Of a stretch of DNA of 58,588 bases, positions 1 to 9,924 are shown one piece after another (within the stretch, counting starts at the first letter, position 1; each line of letters opens with the position of its first letter). The position numbers and the translations under genes are program-made. This stretch comes from Flaviaestuariibacter sp. Its GTDB lineage: Bacteria; Bacteroidota; Bacteroidia; Chitinophagales; Chitinophagaceae. The notes beneath the pieces were generated by a model. That model did not search any database. It had not been told where the DNA came from and saw nothing but the letters and a program-made list of their open reading frames with translations. The DNA lies in NCBI GenBank assembly GCA_028288515.1, contig JAQBNP010000135.1, positions 1 to 58,588 on the forward strand, given 5' to 3'.

Positions 1-143
1 GAATGTTTCGGCGCTCTCGTAGTATACTCTTACAGGCGGATAAGGGCAATCCGGCTATAATTTTTTGTCCTTGCGTCGATTCATGGTTGAGACAAAAATC
101 TTTTCATTAATTTGGGGCTACCAAACAAAAATTACCAGAATCC

Positions 144-260
144 ATGAAACTGCTTGTTATCAACTCATTGGAATCGATGATGCTGGTCATGTTTTTTTGT
201 AACCTGTTTCTCTTCTTCGTTCTGTTCTCAGTGGGCAGAAAGAAGGCGTACTACCGGTAA
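144..260 (+). CDS. Small membrane protein, 38 aa (MKLLVINSLESMMLVMFFCNLFLFFVLFSVGRKKAYYR)
   Basis: Hand-translated. A-rich leader, one hydrophobic helix followed by a basic tail, terminator directly downstream. Confidence 0.55.
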   Translation: MKLLVINSLESMMLVMFFCNLFLFFVLFSVGRKKAYYR

Positions 261-272
261 CATCATCAAATC

Positions 273-301
273 AAAAAGGGCACTCTACCGGTGCCCTTTT
301 T
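273..301. terminator. Bidirectional intrinsic terminator
   Basis: AAAAAGGGCAC-loop-GTGCCCTTTTT between convergent genes. Confidence 0.75.
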
Positions 302-2023
<1,722 letters not shown>

Positions 2024-2115
2024 TCACCTGCGCGTTGATTTTATTCGTTAAGGAAACGTGGTATTTCCCCATCCCCGTTAAACGTCCATGGTTGGGCAGA
2101 CTCTTATCTTTACGT

Positions 2116-2424
2116 ATGAAAAAGATCCTGACAACCCTGTCTATCCTCACGCTCCTGGCCTGCAATAATGAAGCCTCCACAGCGCCTGCCTCTGCGGATG
2201 GGACATCGGTCGCAGATACGGTTCCGGCACAGCCTGCGATCATCGATGATACAGTTCGCCCGGCCGCGCCGGACACGATGCCGGTAGTAGCACCAGCGGC
2301 GACGAAGCCATCCAGCCAGGTCAAGGCCACCGCCGGGAAAGGAGTCGCTGCGAAGCCCGTGAAAAAGGATGCCCATATCGACAAGAAAGCCCTGAAAGAC
2401 GCATCTGACAGCGCGCGGCAGTGA
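2116..2424 (+). CDS. Hypothetical lipoprotein, Ala/Pro/Lys-rich
   Basis: MKKILTTLSILTLLAC lipobox followed by a low-complexity body. Confidence 0.75.
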   Translation: MKKILTTLSILTLLACNNEASTAPASADGTSVADTVPAQPAIIDDTVRPAAPDTMPVVAPAATKPSSQVKATAGKGVAAKPVKKDAHIDKKALKDASDSARQ

Positions 2425-2427
2425 TCG

Positions 2428-3162
2428 TCAGTCGATTGCCGCCTCCGGTGGCTTCTGCACGAGCGGGTCGATCTGCTTCTGGCCCTGCTTCTCAATTGCG
2501 CGGATGACCTTCAAAGAGACGACGATCCAAAGCCAGCCCATGGCAAAGCCTGCCAGCACGTCGCTGGTATAATGAACGCGCAGGTAAATGCGGCTGAAGC
2601 CAATCAGGAGGATCAGCACGAACAACAGGCCGATCAGCGTCCATTTCAAACGTCTGTCCTTCACCGAATGCCATGTGATGTAGATCAGCAGCCCGTAAAA
2701 GGTCATGCTCATCAGTGCGTGACCGCTTGGGAAGCTCAGCCCCTTGGCACTTTGCAGGAGAGGGATGAGTGGCCTCTCGCGACCGAACAGGTTTTTTAAG
2801 ATAAACATCAGGGCGAGGCTGCTCAAGGCGATCGCCGGTACCCGGATCGAATACCATTTATGCTTCTTGACAAAAAGGAAATACCCAATGAGGAGCAGGT
2901 TCGCGGGGATCAGGAACTCATGCTTTCCGAGGAAGGTAATGCCGAGCATGAGCTTATTGTTGAACGGCGTGACGTACTGACCCAGGTAATCGAAAACCTT
3001 CTGATCGAAACCGTTGTTCTGCAGGACGAACACGCGCCTGACCAGATAAACGAACACAACGAGCGACAGAACGAAAATAGCCAGGATAACAGACATCTCA
3101 ACCGAGAGCAGGGCGATCCCCGCCCAGAATTTCTTCACACCTTTTGATACCCGCCTGAACAT
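2428..3162 (-). CDS. PAP2 family membrane phosphatase
   Basis: KxxxxRERP, SFPSGH and SRIYLRVHY motifs; TM helices; start set at MFRRVSK. Confidence 0.9.
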   Translation of the reverse strand: MFRRVSKGVKKFWAGIALLSVEMSVILAIFVLSLVVFVYLVRRVFVLQNNGFDQKVFDYLGQYVTPFNNKLMLGITFLGKHEFLIPANLLLIGYFLFVKKHKWYSIRVPAIALSSLALMFILKNLFGRERPLIPLLQSAKGLSFPSGHALMSMTFYGLLIYITWHSVKDRRLKWTLIGLLFVLILLIGFSRIYLRVHYTSDVLAGFAMGWLWIVVSLKVIRAIEKQGQKQIDPLVQKPPEAAID

Positions 3163-3318
3163 CAGTAAAGCTACTGCAAACAGCGTGCGAAAATGCCCTG
3201 TCCGGATGAAAGCAGGGGTCCCCACAAACGATCCGACGGACGTTGAAACGGCCGGACGGCCGGGCATGTGGCCGGTCGACGATCCCTCAAACCGGCAAGC
3301 CCAACCGGATATAAGACT

Positions 3319-3424
3319 GCAGCCTTCCGCGGTTCGCGGCGAGACTCCTGACGGGTAGAAGCGCCAAAAGCTGCCAGAGGGCTGTGGCAGCAGGTCAGAT
3401 TCCAGTCGCTTCGGTACAACTGCC
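3319..3424 (-). ncRNA. Candidate structured RNA of unknown family
   Basis: Nested complementary segments (GCAGUU/GGCUGC, GCGACU/AGUCUCGC, CUGAC/GUCAG, GCUGCCA/UGGCAGC, CCGCG/CGCGG) in an intergenic region. Confidence 0.4.
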
Positions 3425-3608
3425 ATGGTAGAAATACGATAAAAATAGCCGTATTTCCAACCTTGTCCGGGACCGTCAAGGGGTTTACCTTGCCCTCGAT
3501 GCAGCAGGTCCGTGCCGGCGTTTAGGAATGCCTTCAACTGCTGCCGCGATTTGATATTTTTTGTTTGGAACCCTAATCCGTACCTCTTTTTTTCTCTTTT
3601 AAACCTGG

Positions 3609-3944
3609 ATGATGGAACAACCGAAAACACTGATCGACCCGTTTGGACTTGAGGTTGACATTTCGGAAAGCCTCTGCCTTCTGCCACCGGGCGCCCGGTC
3701 GGACGAGCTTTATAACGACTATCGCAAGGTGATCGAAAGGCCCGCTTTCGTCATTGACATCCGTGTCGACGATCCCCCCTCACGGTACTATTTTCGGTCG
3801 ATCGGCTGGAGCGTCCGCCTTCTCATCAGGGCAGTTGCCTCCGATGCCGGATGGCTGGCGTGCGACTGTTCCCGCAACCCGACTGACGCCGAGCTCAATA
3901 GCCTGGCCGCGCGCGGCGCGATCCTGTCGCCATTTATGGAATGA
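3609..3944 (+). CDS. Hypothetical protein
   Basis: 111-aa ORF with AT-rich upstream region and protein-like composition. Confidence 0.6.
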   Translation: MMEQPKTLIDPFGLEVDISESLCLLPPGARSDELYNDYRKVIERPAFVIDIRVDDPPSRYYFRSIGWSVRLLIRAVASDAGWLACDCSRNPTDAELNSLAARGAILSPFME

Positions 3945-4018
3945 TCGCAGACCCAGCAACATCCCCCGGAAAAAAACTTCGTTGGCGCCTCATCCTCATC
4001 TTTGCAAAAACAGCCCCA

Positions 4019-4627
4019 TTGCGCGCCTTTTATGCACCCTGTCTTCTCCTGCTTTTGTTTGTCCTGTCGGGTTGCGCCGGCAGGGCCCGTTCGTATTTTG
4101 TGAGGCTTCCTCTTGTTTCCCTGTCACTCTCTGTTGACAACTCCTTGCGGACGAATGAGATCTATGATCTTCACGGAGCTGTCTTGTCCTGTTCCATCGA
4201 TTCAACCGGAGTGCGCATCGACGCGAATGGACATGTTCTTTCCAAAGACGCGAGAGATTCGATCCGCACCGCTCGCGGGTATGATGCAATGTTTGTTGAG
4301 CAGGGGAAATGGAACCTTTCCACTGCCGCATCGGTCATTATCGTTCCGGACCCCGGCGTGAGCGTTTCGGTTGCGCATGCGCGTGACCCCGCCCTTGTGA
4401 CCCGCTACCTTCCGTACCCAATTTCCGGAGACACACGCATCACAGAAGTCAGCAGGGACGGACGGCGGTTTCTCCGGTATGCGACCATCGATCGAAAGGG
4501 GGTGGAATGCGCCACATATGCCGGCCTTTGCAATGGCAACCTTGTTGCGTATGCCTACCTCACCGACGACAACGAAAAGTCGCGGACCTTTCGCACCATG
4601 TGGGAGAACAGCAGGTTTGAAGACTGA
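4019..4627 (+). CDS. Hypothetical lipoprotein
   Basis: Probable TTG start after a CATCTTTG box; LLLLLFVLSGC lipobox. Confidence 0.55.
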   Translation: MRAFYAPCLLLLLFVLSGCAGRARSYFVRLPLVSLSLSVDNSLRTNEIYDLHGAVLSCSIDSTGVRIDANGHVLSKDARDSIRTARGYDAMFVEQGKWNLSTAASVIIVPDPGVSVSVAHARDPALVTRYLPYPISGDTRITEVSRDGRRFLRYATIDRKGVECATYAGLCNGNLVAYAYLTDDNEKSRTFRTMWENSRFED

Positions 4628-4671
4628 TGAAAGTGCGGTCGCGTATCACCCCACCCAAATCACAGGAGTTT

Positions 4672-5337
4672 CTATGTTTTGTAGATCCCGTTCTTGACCG
4701 CGTAAATGACGAGGCCCGCCATATTGCGCGCGCCGATCTTGTCAAGCAGCGTGAGGCGGTAGCTTTCGATCGTGCGGGTTGACATACGGAGAAGAGAGGC
4801 GATCTCTTTGCTCGAGTATTCGTCGCAGATCAACCCGAGGATCTGCAGCTCTTTTTCGTTGAGGTCGTTCGGCGAGCGTTTTTTGAAGGGGTTGAAATGA
4901 CTTTCTCCAAACAGCCCGATAAGCTTTTTAGACGTGTGTTTGCAGAAATAGGTCGCGTCATTGGCGACCGTCTCAATGGCTTCCACGATCTCCTCTTTTT
5001 GCGCATTCTTCAGCAGGTATCCCTTGGCGCCGGCCTCCATCATTTCCACGATGAGGTGCTCCTCATCGAACATGGAGAGCGCGATGACGGCCACGCCGGG
5101 CTGCTCCTTTTGCAGGCGCCGCGTGGCTTCGATGCCGTCGAGGCGGGGCATGCGGATGTCCGTAATAACGACGTCCGGCTTGAGAGAAGCCGTAATGGTC
5201 AGCAGCTCTTCACCGTTGGATGCTTCCCCCACGAGCTCGATGCCCGCCTGCTTCTTGAGCATGACACGGAAGCCATCCCGGAAGATCTCGTGATCATCGG
5301 CGATCACTACGCGCAACGTCTTTACAGGCTCGGTCAT
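4672..5337 (-). CDS. NarL/LuxR family response regulator
   Basis: REC domain (ADDH, DIRMP, GYLLK) plus C-terminal LuxR HTH. Confidence 0.95.
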   Translation of the reverse strand: MTEPVKTLRVVIADDHEIFRDGFRVMLKKQAGIELVGEASNGEELLTITASLKPDVVITDIRMPRLDGIEATRRLQKEQPGVAVIALSMFDEEHLIVEMMEAGAKGYLLKNAQKEEIVEAIETVANDATYFCKHTSKKLIGLFGESHFNPFKKRSPNDLNEKELQILGLICDEYSSKEIASLLRMSTRTIESYRLTLLDKIGARNMAGLVIYAVKNGIYKT

Positions 5338-6083
5338 GAAACGGGAATTTGAAAGATATATGATGTGCCTTTGCCTTTCTTGCTTTCGAGGTAGAACTGT
5401 CCGTTCATAATCTCGACACGGCTTTTGAGGCTTGTCAGGCCGATGCCGGCATCAGTGGCCAGCTTGCGGTCATAATCGAAGCCGGCGCCATTGTCGGAGG
5501 TGGAAAGTACAATATTATTCTTCTGGAGGCTGATGGAAATGTGAAGGCTGGTGGCACCGGCATGCTTGATCGTGTTGTGCACCACTTCCTGGAGTATGCG
5601 ATACAGGTTGATCGTCTTCTGCTCGCTGATGTAGGGGATCTCGTCCGCATGGTACTGGATCGTCAGCTGGTTGTTGCGGCCGATGAAGTCGACGAATTCT
5701 TTGGCCGCTCCTGTAAATCCTTTTCGCAGAAGGGTGTTCGGCATCAGGTCGAATGTGATCTCGCGGATTCGTTTCAGGAGCTCGTCGATATGCTCGCTGG
5801 TGCGAACCATTTCAGCCCGGTCTTCCTCGTGTGTGAGCTCGAAGCTGTTCATCTTCATCTTGACAGCAGCCAGAACGGGGCCCAGCTCGTCGTGCAGGTC
5901 GTGGGCCATGCGCGAGCGCTCTTTCTCCAGCGTCGTGATCTCGGCCATGATATTTTTCTTGTGCAGCTCCAGGTTGCGCCTTTGCTGGCGGACGATCGAC
6001 ACCAGGAAAAAAACGAGGATGGTGCCCAAAACCGCGCTGGCGATCAGGACTGCAGCATAAATTCTCGTTTCCTGGGCATCCAT
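5334..6083 (-). CDS. HisKA_3 (NarX-type) sensor histidine kinase with a single N-terminal TM
   Basis: ERSRMAHDLHDELG H-box, NTIKHA, DNGAGF, GIGL; overlaps the regulator by 4 nt. Confidence 0.93.
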   Translation of the reverse strand: MDAQETRIYAAVLIASAVLGTILVFFLVSIVRQQRRNLELHKKNIMAEITTLEKERSRMAHDLHDELGPVLAAVKMKMNSFELTHEEDRAEMVRTSEHIDELLKRIREITFDLMPNTLLRKGFTGAAKEFVDFIGRNNQLTIQYHADEIPYISEQKTINLYRILQEVVHNTIKHAGATSLHISISLQKNNIVLSTSDNGAGFDYDRKLATDAGIGLTSLKSRVEIMNGQFYLESKKGKGTSYIFQIPVS

Positions 6084-6694
6084 AATATGGCGATGGCAAA
6101 GATGATGTTAGAAAAAATGTTGACGAAATCAGAGATAAAAAAAACTTTGCTGCGGAAGTCGCGGCTGGAGTTGAGACCATAGATCCAGAAGATCTCCACC
6201 ATGATCTTATAGGTATAGAAAAGGGCGAATCCAACACAGATCAGGAAGGTGGCGTTCCGCAGGAGGCTTCGCTGGTGCGCCACGATCTGCTGGTTGATGA
6301 TCTGGATGCTGAGGAGTACCGTGAGGAAGGAATAGGCAACGCGGAAGTACGAGTTGAACCGGGTCAGCTGAGACAGGATAAGGTTTTCGCCGATCCAGAA
6401 AAGCACCAGGCCAGTTGCGATCAGCAAATAGGGCCGGTTGGCCTTGAACACCCGCCAGCGGTGAAACTGCCACAGGATCAGCAGCGCTTCCACCAGAACG
6501 TAGATATTACTGTTGACCGCATTGGTGTGATAGTACCTGATAAAGATATCCGTCAGGATCTCGTTGAGGAGGGCCACCCATACGAGGAGGAGGAAAGGAT
6601 GATTTTCCCGGCCGATGGCACGGCTCCGGAACACAGCAAACAGCGCCGCCAGCAGGATCGAATAGGCGGAGACCTTTACCAGGACATAATCCAT
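6044..6694 (-). CDS. Multi-pass (about 6-7 TM) membrane protein, putative kinase co-receptor
   Basis: Successive hydrophobic helices; overlaps the kinase start by 40 nt. Confidence 0.8.
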   Translation of the reverse strand: MDYVLVKVSAYSILLAALFAVFRSRAIGRENHPFLLLVWVALLNEILTDIFIRYYHTNAVNSNIYVLVEALLILWQFHRWRVFKANRPYLLIATGLVLFWIGENLILSQLTRFNSYFRVAYSFLTVLLSIQIINQQIVAHQRSLLRNATFLICVGFALFYTYKIMVEIFWIYGLNSSRDFRSKVFFISDFVNIFSNIIFAIAILWMPRKREFMLQS

Positions 6695-6696
6695 GA

Positions 6697-7065
6697 TCAG
6701 GGGTTCAGGGGTGATTCCGGAGGGCAGGTATCGGGGCAGCGGGTCGAGTCCTCGGCAATCTGGCCTTCATCGTCACCCATGGAAAGACGAGCGGCATCGG
6801 CCCTGAGCGGAAGGATGTCGCGATCTTCGGCGTCAACGCCAACGATCACCGCGTGCACGAGGTCGCGGTCGTCCATACCGTAATAGATGCGCACTTTCCG
6901 GCAGCGGTCCTGCGCAAGAATGCGGTCAAGCGCGTCACGGTCGAAGGTTTCGGAGCGTGGCAGGATATTGCGGCCCTGGTATTCTTCTTTCAGGATCTTG
7001 TTGTTCAGGTCGCGGTAGCGCGTGGTCATTTCGATGGCTTTATCGAGGGAGATTTCGTGTGACAT
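6697..7065 (-). CDS. 122-aa protein with RIYYG motif and C-terminal CPxxCP; first gene of the TCS operon
   Basis: Starts MSHEISL; contains RCRKVRIYYG and VIVGVD; ends TRCPDTCPPESPLNP; stop lies 2 nt before the next ATG. Confidence 0.85.
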   Translation of the reverse strand: MSHEISLDKAIEMTTRYRDLNNKILKEEYQGRNILPRSETFDRDALDRILAQDRCRKVRIYYGMDDRDLVHAVIVGVDAEDRDILPLRADAARLSMGDDEGQIAEDSTRCPDTCPPESPLNP

Positions 7066-7111
7066 AAGTCGTCGGGTTTGGTTTGGATAAGTGGGCAATG
7101 TGGCAAAACTT

Positions 7112-7153
7112 TCCGAATAAAACAACCGTATTAATACGGTTGTTTTATTCGGA
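7112..7153. promoter_or_regulatory. Perfect 42-bp palindrome, putative operator (core ACCGTA-TTAA-TACGGT)
   Basis: TCCGAATAAAACAACCGTATTAATACGGTTGTTTTATTCGGA equals its own reverse complement; 47 nt upstream of the operon start. Confidence 0.7.
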
Positions 7154-7174
7154 GAAAAAGTGTATGCATGAGCT

Positions 7175-7369
7175 TTAGCGAAAGCGGAAGTAGAGGATGG
7201 CCAGGTTAACAGCCAGGCTGACGCCGGCACCAAGCAGGGTCGAGTGCACTTTATCGCGCCGGTTGAGAGGAACAAACAGGGCGGGGATCAGCCCTAAGAT
7301 CCCAAGGACGAACCCAACGAGGACCCAGGTCCAAAGGATGGTGAAATGCGGATCGGGTTTCTCCTCCAT
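7175..7369 (-). CDS. Small 2-TM membrane protein (64 aa)
   Basis: Starts MEEKPDPHF; two hydrophobic helices; abuts the mqnC stop. Confidence 0.65.
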   Translation of the reverse strand: MEEKPDPHFTILWTWVLVGFVLGILGLIPALFVPLNRRDKVHSTLLGAGVSLAVNLAILYFRFR

Positions 7370-7370
7370 A

Positions 7371-8495
7371 TCAGTAGTTAACCACTTGCTCTTCGATGGC
7401 CTGCGGGATCGCGCGCCACTCGTACTGCTGGTTGCGCAGCTGCGGCTCGAATCCCGCTTCGCGGATCGCATCCTGGATTGTTTTGTAGGTGAACCGGTGC
7501 GGTGCGCCCGCCGCGCTCACCACGTTTTCCTCGATCATGATCGATCCGAAATCATTGGCGCCGGCATGCAGGCAGATCTGTGCGGTCTGTCGCCCAACGG
7601 TCAGCCAGGAGGCCTGAATATTCTTGACGTTCGGCAGCATGATGCGGCTCAGCGCGATCATCCGGATATATTCTTCGGGTGTTGTCAGGTTGTGAACGCC
7701 GCGGATCTTCGTCAGCAGCGTGTCCACATCCTGGAATGTCCACGGAATGAAGGCCAGGAAACCCTTGGCGCTCTCCGGCTTGAGCGCATGCACATCCCGG
7801 ATCCGAACCAGGTGCTCGAACCGCTCGCGGATGGTCTCAACGTGGCCGAACATCATCGTGGCAGACGTCGTGATGTCCAGTTTGTGCGCCTCGTGCATAA
7901 TGGCGAGCCATTCGTCAGCCCCGCACTTGCCCTTCGAGATGAGGCGCCGCACCCGGTCAACAAGGATTTCCGCGCCGGCGCCGGGAAGGGAGTTCATGCC
8001 GGCTTCCTTTAATGCCACCAGGACATCGCGGTGGCTCATTTTCTCGAGCTTGCAAATATGTGCGACCTCGGGCGGCCCGAGTGTGTGCAGCCGGATATCC
8101 GGGAATTCCGCCTTGATCGCACGGAACGTGTCGGTGTAGAATTGAAGGCCGAGGCCGGGGTGATGCCCGCCCTGCAGCAGGAGCTGGTCGCCGCCATACC
8201 GGATCGTTTCCGTGATCTTCTTCCGGTAGGTGTCCATATCCGTTATATAGGCCTCGGGATGGCCGGGAATGCGGTAGAAATTGCAGAATTTACAGTTGGC
8301 AACACACACATTCGTCGTGTTGACGTTGCGGTCGATCTGCCAGGTGACCTTGCCATGCGGCACCTGCTTGCGTCGAAGGAGGTCCGCAACTGCCATCAGC
8401 TCGGTCAGGGGCGCTTCCTCAAACAGCTGCACGCCTTCCTCAACGCTCAGAAACCCGAAGGCCAGGGCTTTCTCGTAGATCCCGTCCAGATTCAT
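7371..8495 (-). CDS. mqnC: Cyclic dehypoxanthinyl futalosine synthase (radical SAM, CofH/MqnC family)
   Basis: CVANCKFC motif, DRNVNTTN, LLQGG, SLPGAGAEIL, ASWLTVG, GANDFGSIMIEENVV. Confidence 0.88.
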   Translation of the reverse strand: MNLDGIYEKALAFGFLSVEEGVQLFEEAPLTELMAVADLLRRKQVPHGKVTWQIDRNVNTTNVCVANCKFCNFYRIPGHPEAYITDMDTYRKKITETIRYGGDQLLLQGGHHPGLGLQFYTDTFRAIKAEFPDIRLHTLGPPEVAHICKLEKMSHRDVLVALKEAGMNSLPGAGAEILVDRVRRLISKGKCGADEWLAIMHEAHKLDITTSATMMFGHVETIRERFEHLVRIRDVHALKPESAKGFLAFIPWTFQDVDTLLTKIRGVHNLTTPEEYIRMIALSRIMLPNVKNIQASWLTVGRQTAQICLHAGANDFGSIMIEENVVSAAGAPHRFTYKTIQDAIREAGFEPQLRNQQYEWRAIPQAIEEQVVNY

Positions 8496-8630
8496 AGCGC
8501 AAATTTACGTCGGGATCGGCGCGCTTGGCCCCCGGCGTTTGTCCCGATGGCGCACAACCGCTATTTTAGTAAATGTTTGGCGGCTGCAACATCCGGGATG
8601 TCGCGACTGTCTTTAAACAACGACTGCTTC

Positions 8631-9815
8631 ATGCGACCCATCCTTTTCACGCTATGCCTGATCCTCTCGAACCTTGCCGGCCGCGCGCAGGAGGAGTTCA
8701 TCTCCCCGGCGCGCTTCCTGACACGTTTCGACTTTCACCAGTTCACGGGCGGGCTGATCGTGCTGCAGGCCCAGCTCGGGGTCTTTCCCGATACGCTCAA
8801 TTTCGTTCTCGACACCGGCAGCGGGGGCATTTCCCTGGACTCCATGACGACGGAGTATTTTGGCCTGACACCGACACCAACCGACCGCATGATCCGGGGC
8901 ATCGCCGGCCAGAAGAAGGTGAGCTTCCTTTACAACCAGCGACTCAGTTTTCCATACCTTACCATCGACAGCCTCAATTTCCATGTGGCGGACTACAGTC
9001 TTCTCACAGCGGTCTATGGCGAGAAGATCGACGGCATCATCGGCTACTCCATCCTGAGCCGCTATATCATCAAGATCAATTACGACAGCTCCTTCGTGGA
9101 GTTCTGGACGAAGGGCTCGATGAAATATCCGCGGGGCGGCTACCTGCTCCGCCCAAACATCGCCAGCCTGCCCGTGCAGACCCTGCGGGTGCGGGATAAT
9201 GAAACTGTCAACGCCCGATTCCTGTACGACATGGGTGCCGGGCTGAACATGATGCTGACAACCGACTTCGTCCGCGACAGCAGCCTCCTCGGACGGAAAC
9301 GAAAACTCTACGCAAAGGAGGGCGAAGGCCTCGGCGGCAAGATCGACATGCACATTACGGTCATCAAGGAAGTGAAGCTCGGACCCTACCGGTTTCGCAA
9401 TGTCCCCACCTATATCTTCGACGACAGCTATAACGTGACGTCGTACCCTTACCTCGGCGGGCTGATCGGAAGCGACCTGCTTCGGCGCTTCAACATCATC
9501 CTCAACTATGACCGCCGCGACATCCACCTGATCCCCAATAAGCATTACAATGACGGCTTCGACTATGCGTACAGCGGCATCGAGCTCTACGGAATCAACG
9601 GGGAGATCATCGTAGGCGATGTTGCAAAGGACTCGCCGGCCCAGGCATGCGGCGTCAAAGAGGGAGATGTGGTCATCGCGATCGACAAGAACTTCGTCCA
9701 GGACCTGCAGCGGATGAAGGCAGCGCTGCAGATGCCGGGAAACAAAGTGACGATGATCGTGCGCCGGGGCACCGAGCTGATCGAATTGAGCCTCCGCGTG
9801 AAGAGCATTCTCTGA
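8631..9815 (+). CDS. Secreted aspartyl protease (two retropepsin-like domains plus PDZ)
   Basis: Signal peptide; FVLDTGSG, GIIG, YDMGAG, GLIG; C-terminal PDZ (SPAQACGVKEGDVVIAID). Confidence 0.85.
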   Translation: MRPILFTLCLILSNLAGRAQEEFISPARFLTRFDFHQFTGGLIVLQAQLGVFPDTLNFVLDTGSGGISLDSMTTEYFGLTPTPTDRMIRGIAGQKKVSFLYNQRLSFPYLTIDSLNFHVADYSLLTAVYGEKIDGIIGYSILSRYIIKINYDSSFVEFWTKGSMKYPRGGYLLRPNIASLPVQTLRVRDNETVNARFLYDMGAGLNMMLTTDFVRDSSLLGRKRKLYAKEGEGLGGKIDMHITVIKEVKLGPYRFRNVPTYIFDDSYNVTSYPYLGGLIGSDLLRRFNIILNYDRRDIHLIPNKHYNDGFDYAYSGIELYGINGEIIVGDVAKDSPAQACGVKEGDVVIAIDKNFVQDLQRMKAALQMPGNKVTMIVRRGTELIELSLRVKSIL

Positions 9816-9924
9816 CGCTCGCCAGCCCTGCCGCGCCGGATTGCCGCTTTTGAGATACTTTTACGGCCCCGGAATCGCGTTCCCCGTTCTTCCGGCCAGT
9901 TTTATCCATTAAACCCCTTACCCC

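Noticed and set aside
3319-3424. Assignment as SRP (4.5S) or 6S RNA
   Set aside because: The SRP CAGG-nnn-GNRA-nnn-AGCA helix is not present on either strand, and a 6S-type central bubble is not evident. It is left unassigned.
3163-3687. N-terminal extension of the PAP2 ORF to 419 aa
   Set aside because: The sequence is not protein-like, overlaps the 3609 gene and the candidate RNA, and a promoter box sits directly before the 3162 ATG.
8031-8630. Long N-terminal extensions in the ORF track (8031, 43422, 38862, and 21412 for ygiD)
   Set aside because: They overlap other real genes, and signal peptides or family motifs place the starts downstream.
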